A stretch of 64,000 nt of DNA from the human T2T-CHM13v2.0 reference genome, Homo sapiens. Shown one piece after another: positions 1-17,574 of this stretch. A model generated the notes under the pieces. That model had not been told where the DNA came from. It saw only the letters and a program-made list of their open reading frames with translations, and made no database searches. A program made the translations under genes and the position numbers. Each line of letters opens with the position of its first letter. The first letter of the stretch is position 1. The stretch is from the NCBI RefSeq assembly GCF_009914755.1, contig NC_060925.1; one strand, 5' to 3'.

Positions 1-375
1 CCTGAGGCCTTCCTGGTGCCCACCAGGCACTACGGCTTCCTCTCCAGAATGTGGCTTTGCCTGAGCACAGACAGTCAGCATGGAATGCTCTTGGCCAAGG
101 GTACTGGGGGCCCTCTGGCCTTTTGCAGCTGATCCAGAGGAACCCAGAGCCAACTTACCCCAACCTCACCCTATGGAACAGTCACCTGTGCGCAGGTTGT
201 CCTCAAACCCTCTCCTCACAGGAAAAGGCGGATTGAGGCTGCTGGGTCAGCCTTGATGGCACAGACAGAGCTTGTGCCGGATTTGGCCCTGTCAAGGGGA
301 CTGGTGCCTTGTTTTCATCACTCCTTCCTAGTTCTACTGTTCAAGCTTCTGAAATAAACAGGACTTGATCACAAG
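1..375 (+). other. GJA4: 3' end of a terminal exon/3'UTR, probably GJA4 (connexin 37)
   Basis: Non-repetitive sequence ending in AATAAA (353-358) followed by GU-rich gtaggtgtgtattgatg. Gene identity rests on recalled gene order (GJA4 ~60 kb from SMIM12, convergent); no GJA4 CDS is in the window. Confidence 0.65.
353..358 (+). terminator. Polyadenylation signal AATAAA
   Basis: gaAATAAAcaggacttgatcacaa, then a GU-rich downstream element. Confidence 0.75.
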
Positions 376-2523
376 TAGGTGTGTATTGATGCTATCATGA
401 TGTGCTGGGGGTTGGGGGATAGAGTTATTTTGCCCAGGCTTCCTTTACTTCTTGGTCCTGTATAATCTCTTTGGTCTCTATAACCCCCGATTCCAGCCAA
501 CACCTTGAACCCTCAAACTCATACCTTCTGCCTCCAACAGCCCTGATTTCTAAATGCTCTGCCTTTTGAAATGCCTCAGACACTATCTTCTTTTCATCCC
601 CACTGCTCCAGCGCATTAATCAGTGGTCAAAGCATAAACGTCCTTGCCCTCCCTCCCCCATGCCCATCGTCGCCCTGGCCACACTGCCCCCTGCAAAGTG
701 CTTCCTTACTGGATGGTTTGCTCTCCAAGCGTGCCTGCCAGCCAAGCCCTTCGCAGTCCAGTTCAGATGGGCCCTGCACTCATCCCACCTCATCCTCATC
801 CTTGGTATTTGGGAAGGGAGGTTTAGGTCACTAGTCCTTCCTACCTTGGCCCTTTCTAGTCTGCCCACCAGGAGAAGCAACTGAAGGATTTGCTTCATAT
901 CTGCTCTCCATGCACCCAGACCTCAGTGAGGACAATGGCAATGTACAGAAGTGGAAGAGACTGAATCTTGCCAATGAGCCACAAAGGCTGCAGAAACAAA
1001 ATGAACAATTGAACTGGGTCTTGACTAGGAGTTCACTGGGGAGGGAAAGAGAACACTGAGCATTCAAGCGGAGAAAACTGTTTGTGCAAAGTCAGAGGAG
1101 GGATTGACAGGCTGAGGGGGCATTTAGGTCCTGATGAGCCACCTAGATACAGGAGGCGTGGCTGAGGATGGGCCCACTGCTGGCAGAATTGACCTATGTG
1201 GAGGCGACCCAGGTAGGGGAGAGCACTAGGTAGTGACCCTCAGAGGCAAGCTGGTTGTCCTCCCTTCCCAGGGACATCTGGGGCTAGGGTTGAAGAAGGA
1301 AAGGGGGTCTCTCTGATGTGGCCACATGCTTCTCCTTGAGAGCCACAATGCCTTCACAGCAGGTTGGCAAGTTGGCCCCTCTCCCATCAGGATGGGTGTT
1401 GAAAACACCAGCTCTGTACCCCTCATCCAGAGCTCATTCGCTCACTCGCTGCTTACCCAGCGAGTCTGAATGCTCAGCCTAATAAATTACGACCCTCTTC
1501 CTTTTCCAGCTGTGGTTCCCATTGTTCCCTCTGAATCGCTGAAATCGATCAGGCCAGCTTCCTCATGGCTCCCAGATTCACCCAGTATGTTCCCACCCTG
1601 CCCCTGTGTCAGCATGCAGCGTCCCTGCCCCCCACACTTCGAAACTCCACAAATCCTTTAAATACTACTGGACCCTGGAAAAGGGCTTGGTGCGGAAGAG
1701 TGAGATGAGCTTATCACCAGAGGGCCCTGAATTTAAATGCTGTGGTCTGGAGTCAATCATTTCGCTTCTCTGAGTCTCAGTTTTCTAACCTCTAAAATGC
1801 AGATAACATCACCTGCCTCACAACTGACTGGAAACCAAATAAGTGAAAGTATGTGACTGTGCCTGGCTCAGTAGTCATGCAGTAAAATTAAGCTCACACC
1901 TTTCAGCCAGACTAACATAGGCTCTTCCTCCAGGAAGCGCTCTCTGACTTCTCCAGCTAGTCTCCGGCAATGACCTCTACCTCTCAGGGATCTGAACCAC
2001 TGCTTGATTGAGTGAGGCTGGGCTCAATCCTGAAAGCCTCAAAAAGGAGGCTGTTCACATACTGGAAGTCCATGACCACTGGAAGTTGAGGTCCCTGTCT
2101 AAGAGATTCTCCTCCAGCCAGGGTGAGAGGCCAGAGGCTGCAGGTTAGAAGCCAGCGTTAGAGCCAGCATTACCTGAGGGGCTTGAGAGCCCTGGTTTGG
2201 TGTTTCTGTTATCCCCAACCTTTCCTACTTTGGAAAGGTAGGAGAAGAAAGGTTTCAGTGAGCAGAAATGGCATCCTTCCCCTCCCTCAAAGCTCACCCA
2301 CTCTGAGCTTGGTGTCAGAGCCGGGGTCAGGCTGGGGCTCTGGAACTTGGACCTTTGGCAAGACAAGTTGGGTCCTAGACTGGCGGCCACACAAACACAA
2401 GCACATATGGGCTGGGGGTTTAAGAGTGAGGACAGTGTCATGGGGCTGGGATCACACCATTTGGGTTGAGGGTATGGTGAAGACTTTATGGAGAGAAGAG
2501 TGGCTGTAAGCCCCATCCCACCT

Positions 2524-2974
2524 GTATTCCCTTGCCAAGGCTACTGTACCAAAGTACCACAGACTGCACGGCTTAAGCAACAGAAACTGATTCTCAGTTC
2601 TGAAGGCCAGAAGTCTGAGATCGAGATATCCGAAGGGCTGGTTCCTTCCGAGGGCTGTGAGGGAGACTGTTCCAGGCCTCTCTCCCAGCTCTGGTGTTTT
2701 GCTGGCAATCTTTGGCACTCCTTGGCTTTTAGACGCATCACTCCCATCTCTGCCTTCATCTTCACCTGGTGTTCTCCCTTTACCTGTGTCTCTGTGTCTA
2801 AATTTCCCCTCTTTATAAGGACATCACTCATATTGGATTAGGACCCACCCTAATGACTTTGATCTAACTTGATTACCTCTGAAAAGACCTTATTTCCACA
2901 TAAGGTTACATTCTGAGGTATTAGGGGTTAAAACTTCAATATATCTGGCAGGAGGCACCATTCAACCCATACCA
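2524..2974 (-). mobile_element. MLT1B/C-type MaLR solo LTR
   Basis: Typical motifs aagtaccacagactg, ggttccttccgagggctgtgagggag, ctctttataaggacatca, caccattcaacccata. Confidence 0.8.
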
Positions 2975-3957
2975 CCACCCTCGTGGCCCCACCTCACCTC
3001 CAAGCACTGGTCAGGCACGGGGCTCTGGAGAATGCTAGGTTTGTTGGACGCAGGCATCTCCTTGGTGATGTCACTAGGATGAAACACAGCAGGTTCACAC
3101 CTTTCTTTTCCTTTGTTTCCTTCTTCCTCTCACCAGCCTATCCCTTGCTGCCACCAACCAAAATCTAAGTTGACAGCTAGTGGCTCTCAGTTAGAGAAAG
3201 AGCCATCGTTTGGAGTTAGGAGACTTGGCTCCTACCTCACACCTCTCATACGCACTTGACTATGGCTCTTTCCCTTCTCTAGGCCTCAATTTCCCCATTG
3301 TGAAATGAAAGGGTTGGATGAGAAACACGTATGTGACAATTAGGTATGAGGAGCGTTGCGTGTGGTAACCTGTCACTGATCATTGATCTGAAACTCATGA
3401 GTGATGTGCTATTTCGCATGAATCAGAAAAAAGTCAAGGTTGTTTCTACAATAAGATTAATTCCAGTCGCTTAAATTCACATTGCCTTCCTAAGTAGGAA
3501 AGACAGGGATGGGGTTATGTGGAGTGCACTGGGAATTTTGCATAACCCAAGGTCATCTTATCTATGACGGATGGGAGCATGAGAACATCACGGGCTGCAC
3601 ATAAACAAGGCTGTCAAGCTGGGTGATGTCAAAACTTCTTCCCAGTCTAACATGCTGGCTCACTGGCCACTGGCTTGCCAGCCTCATGGTTCTATCACCT
3701 CCAGTTCCTTGACTGGGGATTCTTCGTTTTCACACCAACCTCAGCATGACTATTGACGTTTGCAGGAAGAGGTATCCATCACAGGATTGTCAGAACATCT
3801 CTCTCCACCTTTAAGAATCTCTCTCCAGACTTGGCTCTGATCCCAGAGCCACAGGACACCCAGTTCTGTCCTTCCCAAACAGTACTGCAGCCACATACAG
3901 ACAGCCACCAGGTTCAGCCTGAGCCTGCTCTCCTCCTATTCCTCCAGATAATCCTGA

Positions 3958-4310
<353 letters not shown>

Positions 4311-4419
4311 TAATTTCCTCTTAACATATGCCACCCTCCCTGTATGCTGGATATGACACTCCAGTTGGTCCGAATCCAGATTATTGCCTCTCTTGCCCCA
4401 AAACTTCTACCTCTCTTAA

Positions 4420-4900
4420 TGCAACCTAAGATTATAATTTTTTTTATTTTCTCCTCCTTTACATATATATAAATTCTTTTGAATTATAAAGATAATGCAT
4501 GATCATTGTAGACAGTGAATGAGATCCTACCATCCAGAGGCAACAACTGTTAATATTCAGAAGTAATTCCCTCCAGCCTTCTTCCATGCATATTTTAAAA
4601 TAAAATCTTAGTAAAGATATACCTACAATTTTATATTATGCTTTTTTCATTTTATGATAAATCATTAGTTTTTTCCCATGTCGTTAAGAACATATTTTTG
4701 GAAATACCACTTAAAGGCTTTATCAGTGCCTACTTAAACCATGACCCTGATATTGGATTTTTAGGATGTTTGCAACTAATCATCCTCTACTATAAATGGT
4801 ACTGTGATGCAGATGTCTGTACCTAAATGTTTTCCAAATTTCTATTTCCTTAAAAGAAAAAGATATTCCAAGAAGTAAAATTACTGGGTCACAAAGTAGG
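4420..4900 (-). mobile_element. Old L1 (L1ME-like) 3' remnant
   Basis: AT-rich; agaagtaaaattactgggtcacaaagta is typical of antisense L1M. Confidence 0.5.
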
Positions 4901-5176
4901 AAATTTTAAATAAAGAAAATTTAGGGGCTTTTATCTGATTGTGAAAGTGATTCATTGTGGGTGACTCAGAAACACAGAAAAGCACAAATTACAAGAAATG
5001 AAAGCACAAACTGCCTCTGAGTGGGAATTGGGGTGGAGCTGAAAACAGGAGAGTTCATTGAAAGCACCTCGGCCTGGGGATTCCATCCCTGCACTGAGCA
5101 GCTAGGTGACCACATCTTCCCAACTCTGTGAAGAGGTGGAGGTTTATTCTCTGGAGAGGATAAAACAGAGAAATGC

Positions 5177-5402
5177 AGCCGGGTGCAGTGGCTCACGCCT
5201 GTAATCCCAGGCGGGAGGCAGAGGCGGGCGGATGTCTTGAGGTCAGGAGTTCAAGACCAGCCTGGCCAACATGGCGAAACCCCATCTCCACTAAAAATAG
5301 AAAAACTAGCCAGGTGTGGTGGTGTGCACCTGTATTCCCAGCTACTCGCACTCCAGCCTGGGTAACAGAGCGAGACCCTGTCTCAAAAAAAAAAAAAAAA
5401 AA
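5177..5402 (+). mobile_element. Alu with internal deletions
   Basis: gctactcg is joined directly to cactccagcctggg (part of the right arm missing); TSD gagaaatgc. Confidence 0.9.
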
Positions 5403-5948
5403 TCGAGAAATGCCAGGCATAATTGAGGGTAGGAGCACCATAAATAAAACAGAGGAATTAAGTGGAAGTTTACATACTGAACAGTGGGTCCTTCTGCCTT
5501 CTCCCAAAAATTGGCTTCCAAAACACTGGCTGATGGATCAGGCTTTGAAAAAAAAAAAGAGAGAGAGAATCTGATCTAGCCTGAGGTCATAGAAGCCTGC
5601 CTGCAGGAGGTGGGCTTCAGAAAGCCTAAAACGTGAGAAGGAATGAGCTAGGAAGAGATGGGGAAGAGCATTCCAGGTAGACGGAATAGCACTTTCAAGG
5701 CTCTGAAGAAGGAGGAAGGGGCTTGATATATTTGTTGTTCAGGGTTGTTTTTGATACAGACTGCCAAGCTGCTTTCCAGAAAAAAAAATTACTTATTCGT
5801 TCAATAGCATTGTATGAAAGTGCTCATTTCAAGGTATGCATACAAGCATTATTGTAATTTTTAAATTGCTTTGCCTATTATTAATTATTAAACAGGGAAA
5901 AAATGGTATCACGTTTCATGAGGGAGGCCTGATTACTAGTGAGTGTAG

Positions 5949-6362
<414 letters not shown>

Positions 6363-6833
6363 TAAACTCTTTATAGGTAGAGGATATCAACCCTTCATCT
6401 GGCATATGTTATAAAAATTTTTCTGTATTATTTTGTTCCTTTGTCTGCAGATATTTTTAATTTCTATGTAGTCAAATTTATGGATTTTTTTCCTTTCCAG
6501 TAACTTTAGGCTTACACTGTTATCCCCTTTTCAATATTATTTTTAATTTTATACTTTAACCTGGCTTGAACATAATAGGAGAAAAATAATTATTGAACAA
6601 AAGACAAAGCATGAACAAACAACCTAATTTTAGCATATAAGGTGAAGTGCTAACTTTTCCCCCCAAATAATCAATGGTTTTGGCAGCACTTATTGGATAA
6701 TCCTTCCTATACTAATTTGTGATAACAGCTTCACTATACTATATGTAACAGACTACATTTTATAGACTACCTATAATTCTGTTCCATTAATCTGTCAATT
6801 TATGTGATACTACCACTCTTTTCATTAGTGTAG

Positions 6834-7313
<480 letters not shown>

Positions 7314-7694
7314 ATGTAATACAGTTTTAGTATCTGGTAGAATCCATTTTCCTTTTGTTACTTATACTTTTCTTGAGAATCCTGGAAGCCAGGTATGTAT
7401 TTTCTATGCAAGTGTTTGGAAGAGTGTTGCCAGTGGATCTGACAGATCCAAAGGAAAAAACCTAAAGATATGGGCACCAGGGGCTGTCCAAGGAAATAGA
7501 CAGCTAGATGGCCACACAATGAAAATCACAGTAAGGAAGTCCTAATCATGCATACAGATCGTCCAAACAGCTTTTTTTTTCTCCATTAAGTTGGGTTTTT
7601 ATTTGCCTACTGCAATGGTTAGAGTGTCCAAAACAAATGTTTTGTTTGTATTTGTTGAACAGAGTTTATCTTCTGAATATTCAAAAATACTCTT

Positions 7695-7896
7695 CTAGAA
7701 TATTTTTAGGTTCACAGCAAAACTGAGCAGAAGATAAAGAGATTTTCCTTATATCCTCTGCCCACTTCCCACATGCACAGCCTCCTCACTGTCAACATCC
7801 CCCACCAGAGAGGTACATTTGTTACACTTGATGAACCTACATTGATACATCATTATCACCCAAAGTCCACAGTTTACAGTAGGGTTCTCTTTTGGT
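7695..7896 (-). mobile_element. L1MB/L1MC 3'-end fragment
   Basis: ggttcacagcaaaactgagcagaag...ggtacatttgttacacttgatgaacctacattgatacatcattatcacccaaagtcca. Confidence 0.75.
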
Positions 7897-8049
7897 CAGA
7901 CAGCGTTTTAGTGACCCTCTTTTAAATATGAGCACATGGGTGAGGATCCCAGGCATTTGAGAAAACCATCTTATATGAAAGAGTCTAAAATAATCAGAAT
8001 AAAGCTTTCCAGAGAAAAGAGAGATTATGCATGGAGAATAAAATATTTT

Positions 8050-8655
8050 TAAAACTAATATTACTTTATTCAGAAAGATTTTATCACATCTTTCTGATAT
8101 GATAAAGAGGGTATTGCAGCCATGAAATAAGACAATACTCTAAGAAACAGCTACATAGAGAACAACAATGACAAAACCAAGGTATTGGAAAGTAAAAGTA
8201 TGACAGCAGAATTGAAAACTTCAATAGAAAGGCTGGAAGATAGTTAAGCAATTCCCCAGAAACTAGAATAAAATACAAAGATACAAACAGTAGAAAATAT
8301 AAAAAATGATTTGAGGACAAGTCCAGAAGGTCTAACGGAAGCTTCGGAAAAGAGGAGTAGAAAAAATAGGAATGTAAATAATCAAAGGAAATTCAATAAT
8401 CTCTAGATTGAGAGAGCCACTGAGTGCCCAGCCCAATGGATGAGTATAGGTCCACTCTACTGAAAACTTTCAGAACGCCAGAGACAAAGAGATGAGCCTA
8501 CAAGTTTCCAGAGAAGAACATAGTTTCACACATAGGCTCAAGAATCGGAGTGACCTCAGACTTTGCAGTAACAATACTGGAAGCTACAAGACAGTGGAAC
8601 AATGCCTTCAAAATCCTGAGGAAAACAATTTTCAATGTGGAATCCTATACTCAGG
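8050..8655 (+). mobile_element. Degenerate L1/HAL1 ORF1-region remnant
   Basis: agacagtggaacaatgccttcaaaatcctgaggaaaacaattttcaa...aatcctatac is typical of ORF1. Confidence 0.6.
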
Positions 8656-10038
8656 CCTGCAATCATTTTAATAGCATAATTCCTTGAAAGTTTGGATACG
8701 TTACTTGCCTGTAAAGCCAACTGGATTCAGTGTCTTTCTTATATGTCATTCTTCAAAAACTTTTTCACTGTCTTCAGCAACTAGTTATCTATTCAAATTC
8801 TCTTTGTCATAAATCTCTCTTAGTAATTTAGACTTCTTCACAAAAAAAAATGCTTATTTGAATTAAGTATTCAGGCGTCCTTATCTCATCACACCACATA
8901 TTCTCATTTTAATTAAATTTTTACCAAAAGCTCTAAGTAAAATTGTTCCTTGACATCTGTGTATGCCATGTGAAGATGTTTTATAACTAAGGTTATGCTA
9001 GTTTTATAGTAAATTGGAAATATTTCCAACTAAAATCCCTGAGCCTTTTATAAGTGGGATGCCACTAAGCTATTACTAAATATGAGTTTATGTAATTGGG
9101 AATTTGGGCAATGAAAGTGACAAATATGACATCTGTACCAATTAAATGCCATCATATCCACTTCAGCTCATTGATCCAACTAACAAGAACTATCCTCTTA
9201 AACCTGGATTTTGTCAACCAGAATATCGGCCACTCTGGTTTTGATAAATCAGGCTTATCCTTCATCTGATAAATCTAAGAAGCTTAATGCAATTAAGTGG
9301 CATTCCCTGGTGGAGATTATGCTTATTCCTGGGTTTGAGGTCTTTGTTAAGTGAACAATACTGTTTCTAAAAGACTATATCCCTTGCTCCACCCAACCCC
9401 ACAGAATGGGAAATAGAAAAGCAAAGCATCACAGAAGGCTGAGGTTAGGAGGCCTGATTATCTAGGCCATTTGCTGATTTCAAGGAACCTCCATCAGTTC
9501 AGCTCAGTGATGACCCAGAGGAATCTCTAAAACCAAAAATAGGAACACTTATGTAAAGAGAGGGTGAATTCCCATGAAAGGCAGACAAAGGAAGTCAAGT
9601 CCAGCACAGGGTCCATAATGCTTTCCAAGAGGTGATGTTCAGGCATTAGGTTAGGATAACAGGTGGAAAAGCCGAGCTTTAGCAATAGGAAGAACCAGGC
9701 TTATCCTACGGTCGTCAGTCCTGCCAAGGACAGAACCAAGGACAGGGAGCCCAGATGGTTTGCCTTCTCTAGAGAGGCCTCCAGAAGGACTGAGCAGATG
9801 ACAGCAGGGTGTGTCAGAGCCAGACATACCTAGAATAGAAATAACAAGGGACAGACCAAGACCAAGAATTTTACCAACCCAACAGCAACATCAATGGGAT
9901 TTTTGACATTATTTACAAATAAGGTTATACATACAATTGTGTTTTAGCATGTCTGTTTAAAAAGCACCTAACATTCACATATTTGAAACATTCCACGATG
10001 TTTGTAACTCTGTCTATACAATTCTTTAATATTTACTA

Positions 10039-10383
<345 letters not shown>

Positions 10384-11718
10384 TCAACATCTGAAAGGCT
10401 TTAAAAAGAGTAAAAAAAAAACTGGACCAAGGAATTTTATATTATGGGTTTCTAGGTCTTTTAGGGTCTGAACTATACATCCCCAGTGCTCAAAATCAGG
10501 GAATTCCTACAAAGAGCAACTATTTTCTCAATCAGGGAAATGAGTTCATTAAAGTTTATAGAATTTAATTAAAGTGAATTCAGAGATTCTGACAGGACTC
10601 AGCAGGAAACTCTTTCAAGACAGTAAAGTCTATGAGATTTTTGCTTTTGTTTTTCAAAGAATATGAAGAAGAACATAGGAGATCTACCCTATCCACAGCC
10701 ACATTAGAAATGAATTCTAACAGATTGCATGAGACACAGGCAAGGAACACAAAAAGGAAAGGAAAGTAGGCTACATCCCTGGACCTGGAGTGGGGACAGG
10801 CTGGCAGCAGCAGGGGAGGTGTTGGGTGTTATAATAAAGTGGGGCAAATAGGGATCCAGCTCAATAAGAGAATTATCTTCCCTGGGGTTAGCAGCTGTCT
10901 CTGAAGAGACATATGAATCCCTTCCTATTGAGGAGAGCGTCCTAAGATCAGTTGAAGGCAGATTCTGTCTTCCATCATGGCAGCCAAAGTGAAGAGACAG
11001 TACCTTTGTACCAAAACCTAGCAAGCAGGGCAAGCCCATGACTTAAGTTCAGCCAACCAGATGCTTCCACCCAGGACGCTCCAGAAAGTGCTGCAAAGGC
11101 ACAAGGAAGGTAAAGATAAGCCCAGTAGTATGATAATGAGTGAGCAGGGAATACAGAATCCAAGAACAGAGCAGGACGTGTCCAGTGACAGCATCATCAG
11201 ATAGGAATTCTAAGCAAACTATGTCCACGATGGTATGAATCTTGGCTGGTGTCTTAGCCAGTTTGTGCTGCTATAATAAAATGCCTGCAAGTGGGTAATT
11301 TATTTAAAAAAAAACAAAAACAAAAATTTATTTCTCACAGTTTGGGAGGCTGTGAAGGCAAGATCAAGGCACCAACAGGTTCAATGGCTGGTGAGGGCCT
11401 AGTCTCTGCTTCCAAGATGATTCCTTGCTGCTGTATCCTCCAGAGAGGATGAATGCTGTATCCTCTCATGGTGGAAGGGACGGAATGGCAAAAAAGGAGG
11501 GCCTAGCTAGTCCCATCCAGCCCTTTATAAGGTCACTAATCCCATATATGAGGGCTCTGCTCTCATGACTTAAATTACCTCCTAAAGGCCCTACCCCACA
11601 TCTTAATACAACATTGGCAATTAAGTTTTGACATGAATTTTAGAGGGGACACAAACATTCAAACCACAGCATTCTGCCCCTGACTCCCAAAATTCATGTC
11701 CTTCTCACATGTAAAATA

Positions 11719-11772
11719 TTTGCCATTAAAAGTGATAACAAAAACTGCAACTACTTTTGCACCAACCTAATA
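11719..11772. mobile_element. MADE1 (Hsmar1 MITE) fragment
   Basis: tttgccattaaaagtgataacaaaaactgcaactacttttgcaccaacctaata matches the mariner TIR plus TA. Confidence 0.85.
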
Positions 11773-12086
11773 TCTTCCTTCCATTCCAGTAGCCCCAAAA
11801 GTCTTATCTCATTTCAGCATCAACTCAAAAGTCTAAAGTCCAAATCAGATATAGGTGAGACTCAAAGAAATGATTCATCCTGAGGCAAATTCTCCTCTAG
11901 CTGTGAGCCTATGAAATCAAACAAGTTATGTGCTTCCAAAATACAAAGGTATAACGAGCATAGGACAGACATTCCCATTCCAAAAGGGAGCAAAAGAAAA
12001 GAAGAAAAGGGTAACAGGTCTCAGGTAAGTCCAAAACCCAGCAAGGCAAACAGCATTAAATCTTGGGGCTTAAGAATAATCTTCTT

Positions 12087-12656
<570 letters not shown>

Positions 12657-13624
12657 TTAGGTGCCTGTGGCTCTCCCTGGCTGACGTTGCATGCCGGTGG
12701 CTGGTGGCTCTACAGGTCTGGGATCTTCGGGGGCAGCCCTGCCTCCAAAGCTCTACTAAGCATTGCCCAAGTGGGGGCTGTCTGCAGTATCTCTGACCTC
12801 ACAGCTCTGCTGGGTATTACCCTAGTGGGGACTCTGGGGTGGCCCCACTCCCATGGTCACTAGGCATTGGCAAGGCTCTTTGAAGCATCCTTTGAAATCT
12901 AGGTGGAAGTAGCCATGCCTCCATAGCTTGTGCACTCTGTGCACCTGCAGAGTTAGCCCCACAGGAACTTTGCCAAGTTTTGCCATTTGTGCCCTCCAGA
13001 GCAGTAGTTCAAGCCATACCTGGGCCCACTTGAGCCACAGCTCGGGTGGTTAAGGAGCACTGTACCAGAATTTGAGGAGCAGAAACGGAAGGCAGAACTG
13101 GGCAGTGAGTCCTGAGGTACCGTGGGTGCCCTGGGCCCTTCCCTTGAAACCATTCAGTTCTCAAGGCCCTGGCGCTCTGGAACTATAATGGGAGTGGCAA
13201 CCTCAAAAATCTCCAAAATGCCTTTGGGGTCATTCTTTCTTTATCCTGATGAATAGCATCTGGCTCCCTTTCATCTGTGCTAATCTCCTTATCAAACATT
13301 CGCTTGGCTACCCCGTTGGTATTCTCTCCTGAACATGCTTTTTTATTCTGTACATAGCAAAGCTGAAAATTTTCCAAAGGCTTAAATTCTGCTTCCCTTT
13401 TGATTATAAATTCCATCTTTAATTCATTTCTCTCTTCTTATATTTTACTATAAGTATTCAAGATAAATCATCCAGCACCCTGAACACTTAGATTTCTTCT
13501 GCCACATATCCTAGTTCATGGCTCCTAAGTTCTGCCTTCTACAAAGCAGGAGGGCATGAATACAATTCAGCTAAATTCTTCTCCACTTTGTAACAAGAAT
13601 GGTCTTTTCTCCAGTTTCCAATGA

Positions 13625-13976
<352 letters not shown>

Positions 13977-15375
13977 ATACTACCAATATTTTTACCAACA
14001 TTCTGTTCACAACCACTCAGTCTCTAAGAAGATTTAGGCTTTCTCTACAGCTCTCTTCTTCTGAGCCCTCACCAAAATTACCATTCATGGTGATTAATGC
14101 TCTGTTCAGGATCATCTAGGCTTTTTCTGGCATACACCTCCAATCTCTTCCTTCCAGCCTCTACCCATTTCTCAGTTCCAAAGCTGCTTCCACACTTTTA
14201 GGTATTTGTTATCATAATGCCCCACTTCTCACACCAACTTCTGTCGTAGTCCATTTGTGTTGCCATAACAAAATACTTGAGAGTAGGTAATTTACAAGGA
14301 ATAGAAATTTATTGCTCGTAGTTCTGGAGAATGAGAAGTCTAACCTGGCAGGTTTGGTGTCTGGCAAGGCCCTGTCTCTGCTTTCAAGATGGTACCTTGC
14401 TGCTGCACCCTTCAGAGAGGACAAACACTGTGTCTTCACATGGCAGAAGGGATAGAAGGGCAAAAGTGGGAGGGGGGGTGCTATTTCCCTCCAGCCCTTT
14501 ATAAGGTTGCTAATCCCATTCATGAGGGCTCTGCTTTCATGACTTAATTACCTTAATTACCACCTCTTAATATTATCACATTGATGATTAAGTTTCAACA
14601 CAAACTTTAGAGGGGACACAAACATTCAAACTATAGCAACTGGGCTTTTCCTTTCTTGGATCCTGTTCAAACCTAATTCCATCTTCCCATCAGTTGTACA
14701 AGTTATATAATACCTTTTCAATTAAATTCCTTTTCTGTTTAAATTAATCAGAGTCCATTTCTATTGCTTTCAACCAAGAGTCTTGACTGGTAAAAAGCTT
14801 GTATAATTCTCTGACACAGTCCATACATGTCATTATCCAATCATTCATTAACAGGTTGACCAGAACAGAGACTAGAACAGTCTTAACGCAGGCAAGTAGC
14901 AAGCTTTTGGAAACCATACTTAAAAGTACTTTGACTAACATAATGTCACATACATGACAGTAATGACAAGTGGTATTTCCAAATATCACGACTATCATTC
15001 AACAAATACTTACAGAGGGCCTGTTATGTTCTAAGCATTGTACTAAGCTCTGGGAATTAGTAGAAAACAACACAGATCTGGTCTCTGTCTATGAGGAGCT
15101 GAGAGTCTAATGGGAAAAGCAGAAGTTAAATAAGCATATAAGATCACAAAATATAAACACGCTATGAAGGAAAATAATTTCCCCACGAGAAAGAAGAAGA
15201 AGAATATCTAATTTACCAGAGGATTCAGAAGAAATGGAGCCTAAAGTGTAAGTGGATATTGGGAGTAATCCAGGAAAAGAGAAGATCATATACAAAATCG
15301 CAAAATAGCTAATGAGAGAACCTGAGAAAACTCACTATACAAAACAGATAGAGATACTGGGTAAACAGCAGTCTT

Positions 15376-15912
15376 ATTACTGGGTACATACCCAAAGGAA
15401 TATACATTGTTTTATTATAAAGATACATGCATGTATATGTTCATTGCAGCACTATTCATAATAGCAAAGACATGGAATCAACCTAAACGCCACTCAATGA
15501 TAGACTGAATAAAGAAAATGTGGTACATATACATCGTGGAATACTATGCAGCCATAAAAAGGAATGAGATCACGTCCTTTGCAGGGACATGGATGGAGTT
15601 GGAAGCCATTATCTTCAGCAAACTACCACAGGAACAGAAAACCAAACACCACATGTTCTCACTTATAAGTGGGAAGTGAATGATGAGAACACATGGACAC
15701 CCAAGGAGGGACTGACACACACTGTGGCCTGTGAGGGGTGCTGGGGAGGGAGAGCATCAGGAAGAATAGCCAATGAATGCTGGGCTTAATACCTAGGTGA
15801 TGGGATGATCTGTGCAGCAAATCACCATGGCACATGTTCACCTACGTAACAAACCACATCCTGCACATGTACCGCTGAACTTAAAATAAAAGTTGAAGAC
15901 AAAAAAATAAAG
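15376..15912 (+). mobile_element. 5'-truncated L1PA (older subfamily) 3' end
   Basis: atgttcattgcagcactattcataatagcaaagacatggaatcaacctaaa...gcttaatacctaggtgatggg...aacttaaaataaaagttgaa with A tail. Confidence 0.9.
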
Positions 15913-16026
15913 AAATGCTGGGTAAATTTTTACAAGCAACTTTTCAAGTGTAGCACCGAGCTAAAAATAAAGGCAACAAAACTAAAGAGGAAATTAAAAC
16001 TAAAATGAATATGTGGGTACCAATGC

Positions 16027-16348
16027 TTTTTTGTTGTTGTTGTTGTTGTCATGTGTGTTTTTGTCTGAGACAGTCTCACTCTGTCACCCAGGCTGGTGTG
16101 CAGTGGTGCAATCTTGGCTCACTGCAACCTCCACCTCCTGACTTCAAGTAATTGTCGTGCCTCAGCCTCCCGAGTAGCTAGGATTACAGGTGTGCACCAC
16201 CACACTTGGCTAATTTTTTGTATTTTTAGTAGAGACAGGGTTTCACCATGTTGGCCAGGCTGGTCTCAAATTCCTGGCCTCAAGTGATCTATCTGCCTCA
16301 GCCTCCCAGAGTGCTGGGATTACAGGCGTGAATCACCGTGCCTGGCCT
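16027..16348 (-). mobile_element. AluS
   Basis: Alu consensus; TSD taccaatgctttttg. Confidence 0.93.
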
Positions 16349-16568
16349 ACCAATGCTTTTTGTTGTCCTGCTTTTGGTAACAAGGGGTTGGCTTTTAATG
16401 ATGATGTAGGAATAAGGCACAAGGCTTTGGGCCCACCTGAGGAGGTTAAACTGAGGCTCCTGCATAAAGCCAGTACACTATCCGTCTCTCTCAGCCCTGG
16501 TTCTAGTAGGAGGAAATATGCCTCACCTGAGATTTGGTAACCACTGCTCTACATGATATAGAGTTCAA

Positions 16569-16953
<385 letters not shown>

Positions 16954-17230
16954 TGAGAAATTAACGTAATAAAGAGTCCCTGGCTAATGCGAACCTTAGG
17001 GTACCTGGAAGAGACCGACAAAAAATTATTCTTGAGGGATGTTTCCTCAAGCCAGGCCACATGGAAGTTCCATTTCTAAAAGGCCTACCATATCTGAACA
17101 CCAATCCAAAATGACAAAATACACCAGAAAATAATGCACCATGAATGGAAGTATGCAAAAACAATATACGGAAGAATTTCACTTCCAAACACTTCAAGTC
17201 ATTGAACCATTGGTCAGGATTTTAAATTCA

Positions 17231-17565
<335 letters not shown>

Positions 17566-17574
17566 ATTTATGTA

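Noticed and set aside
1434-1472. Small hairpin actcgctg/cagcgagt
   Set aside because: The 8-bp stem is expected by chance in 64 kb.
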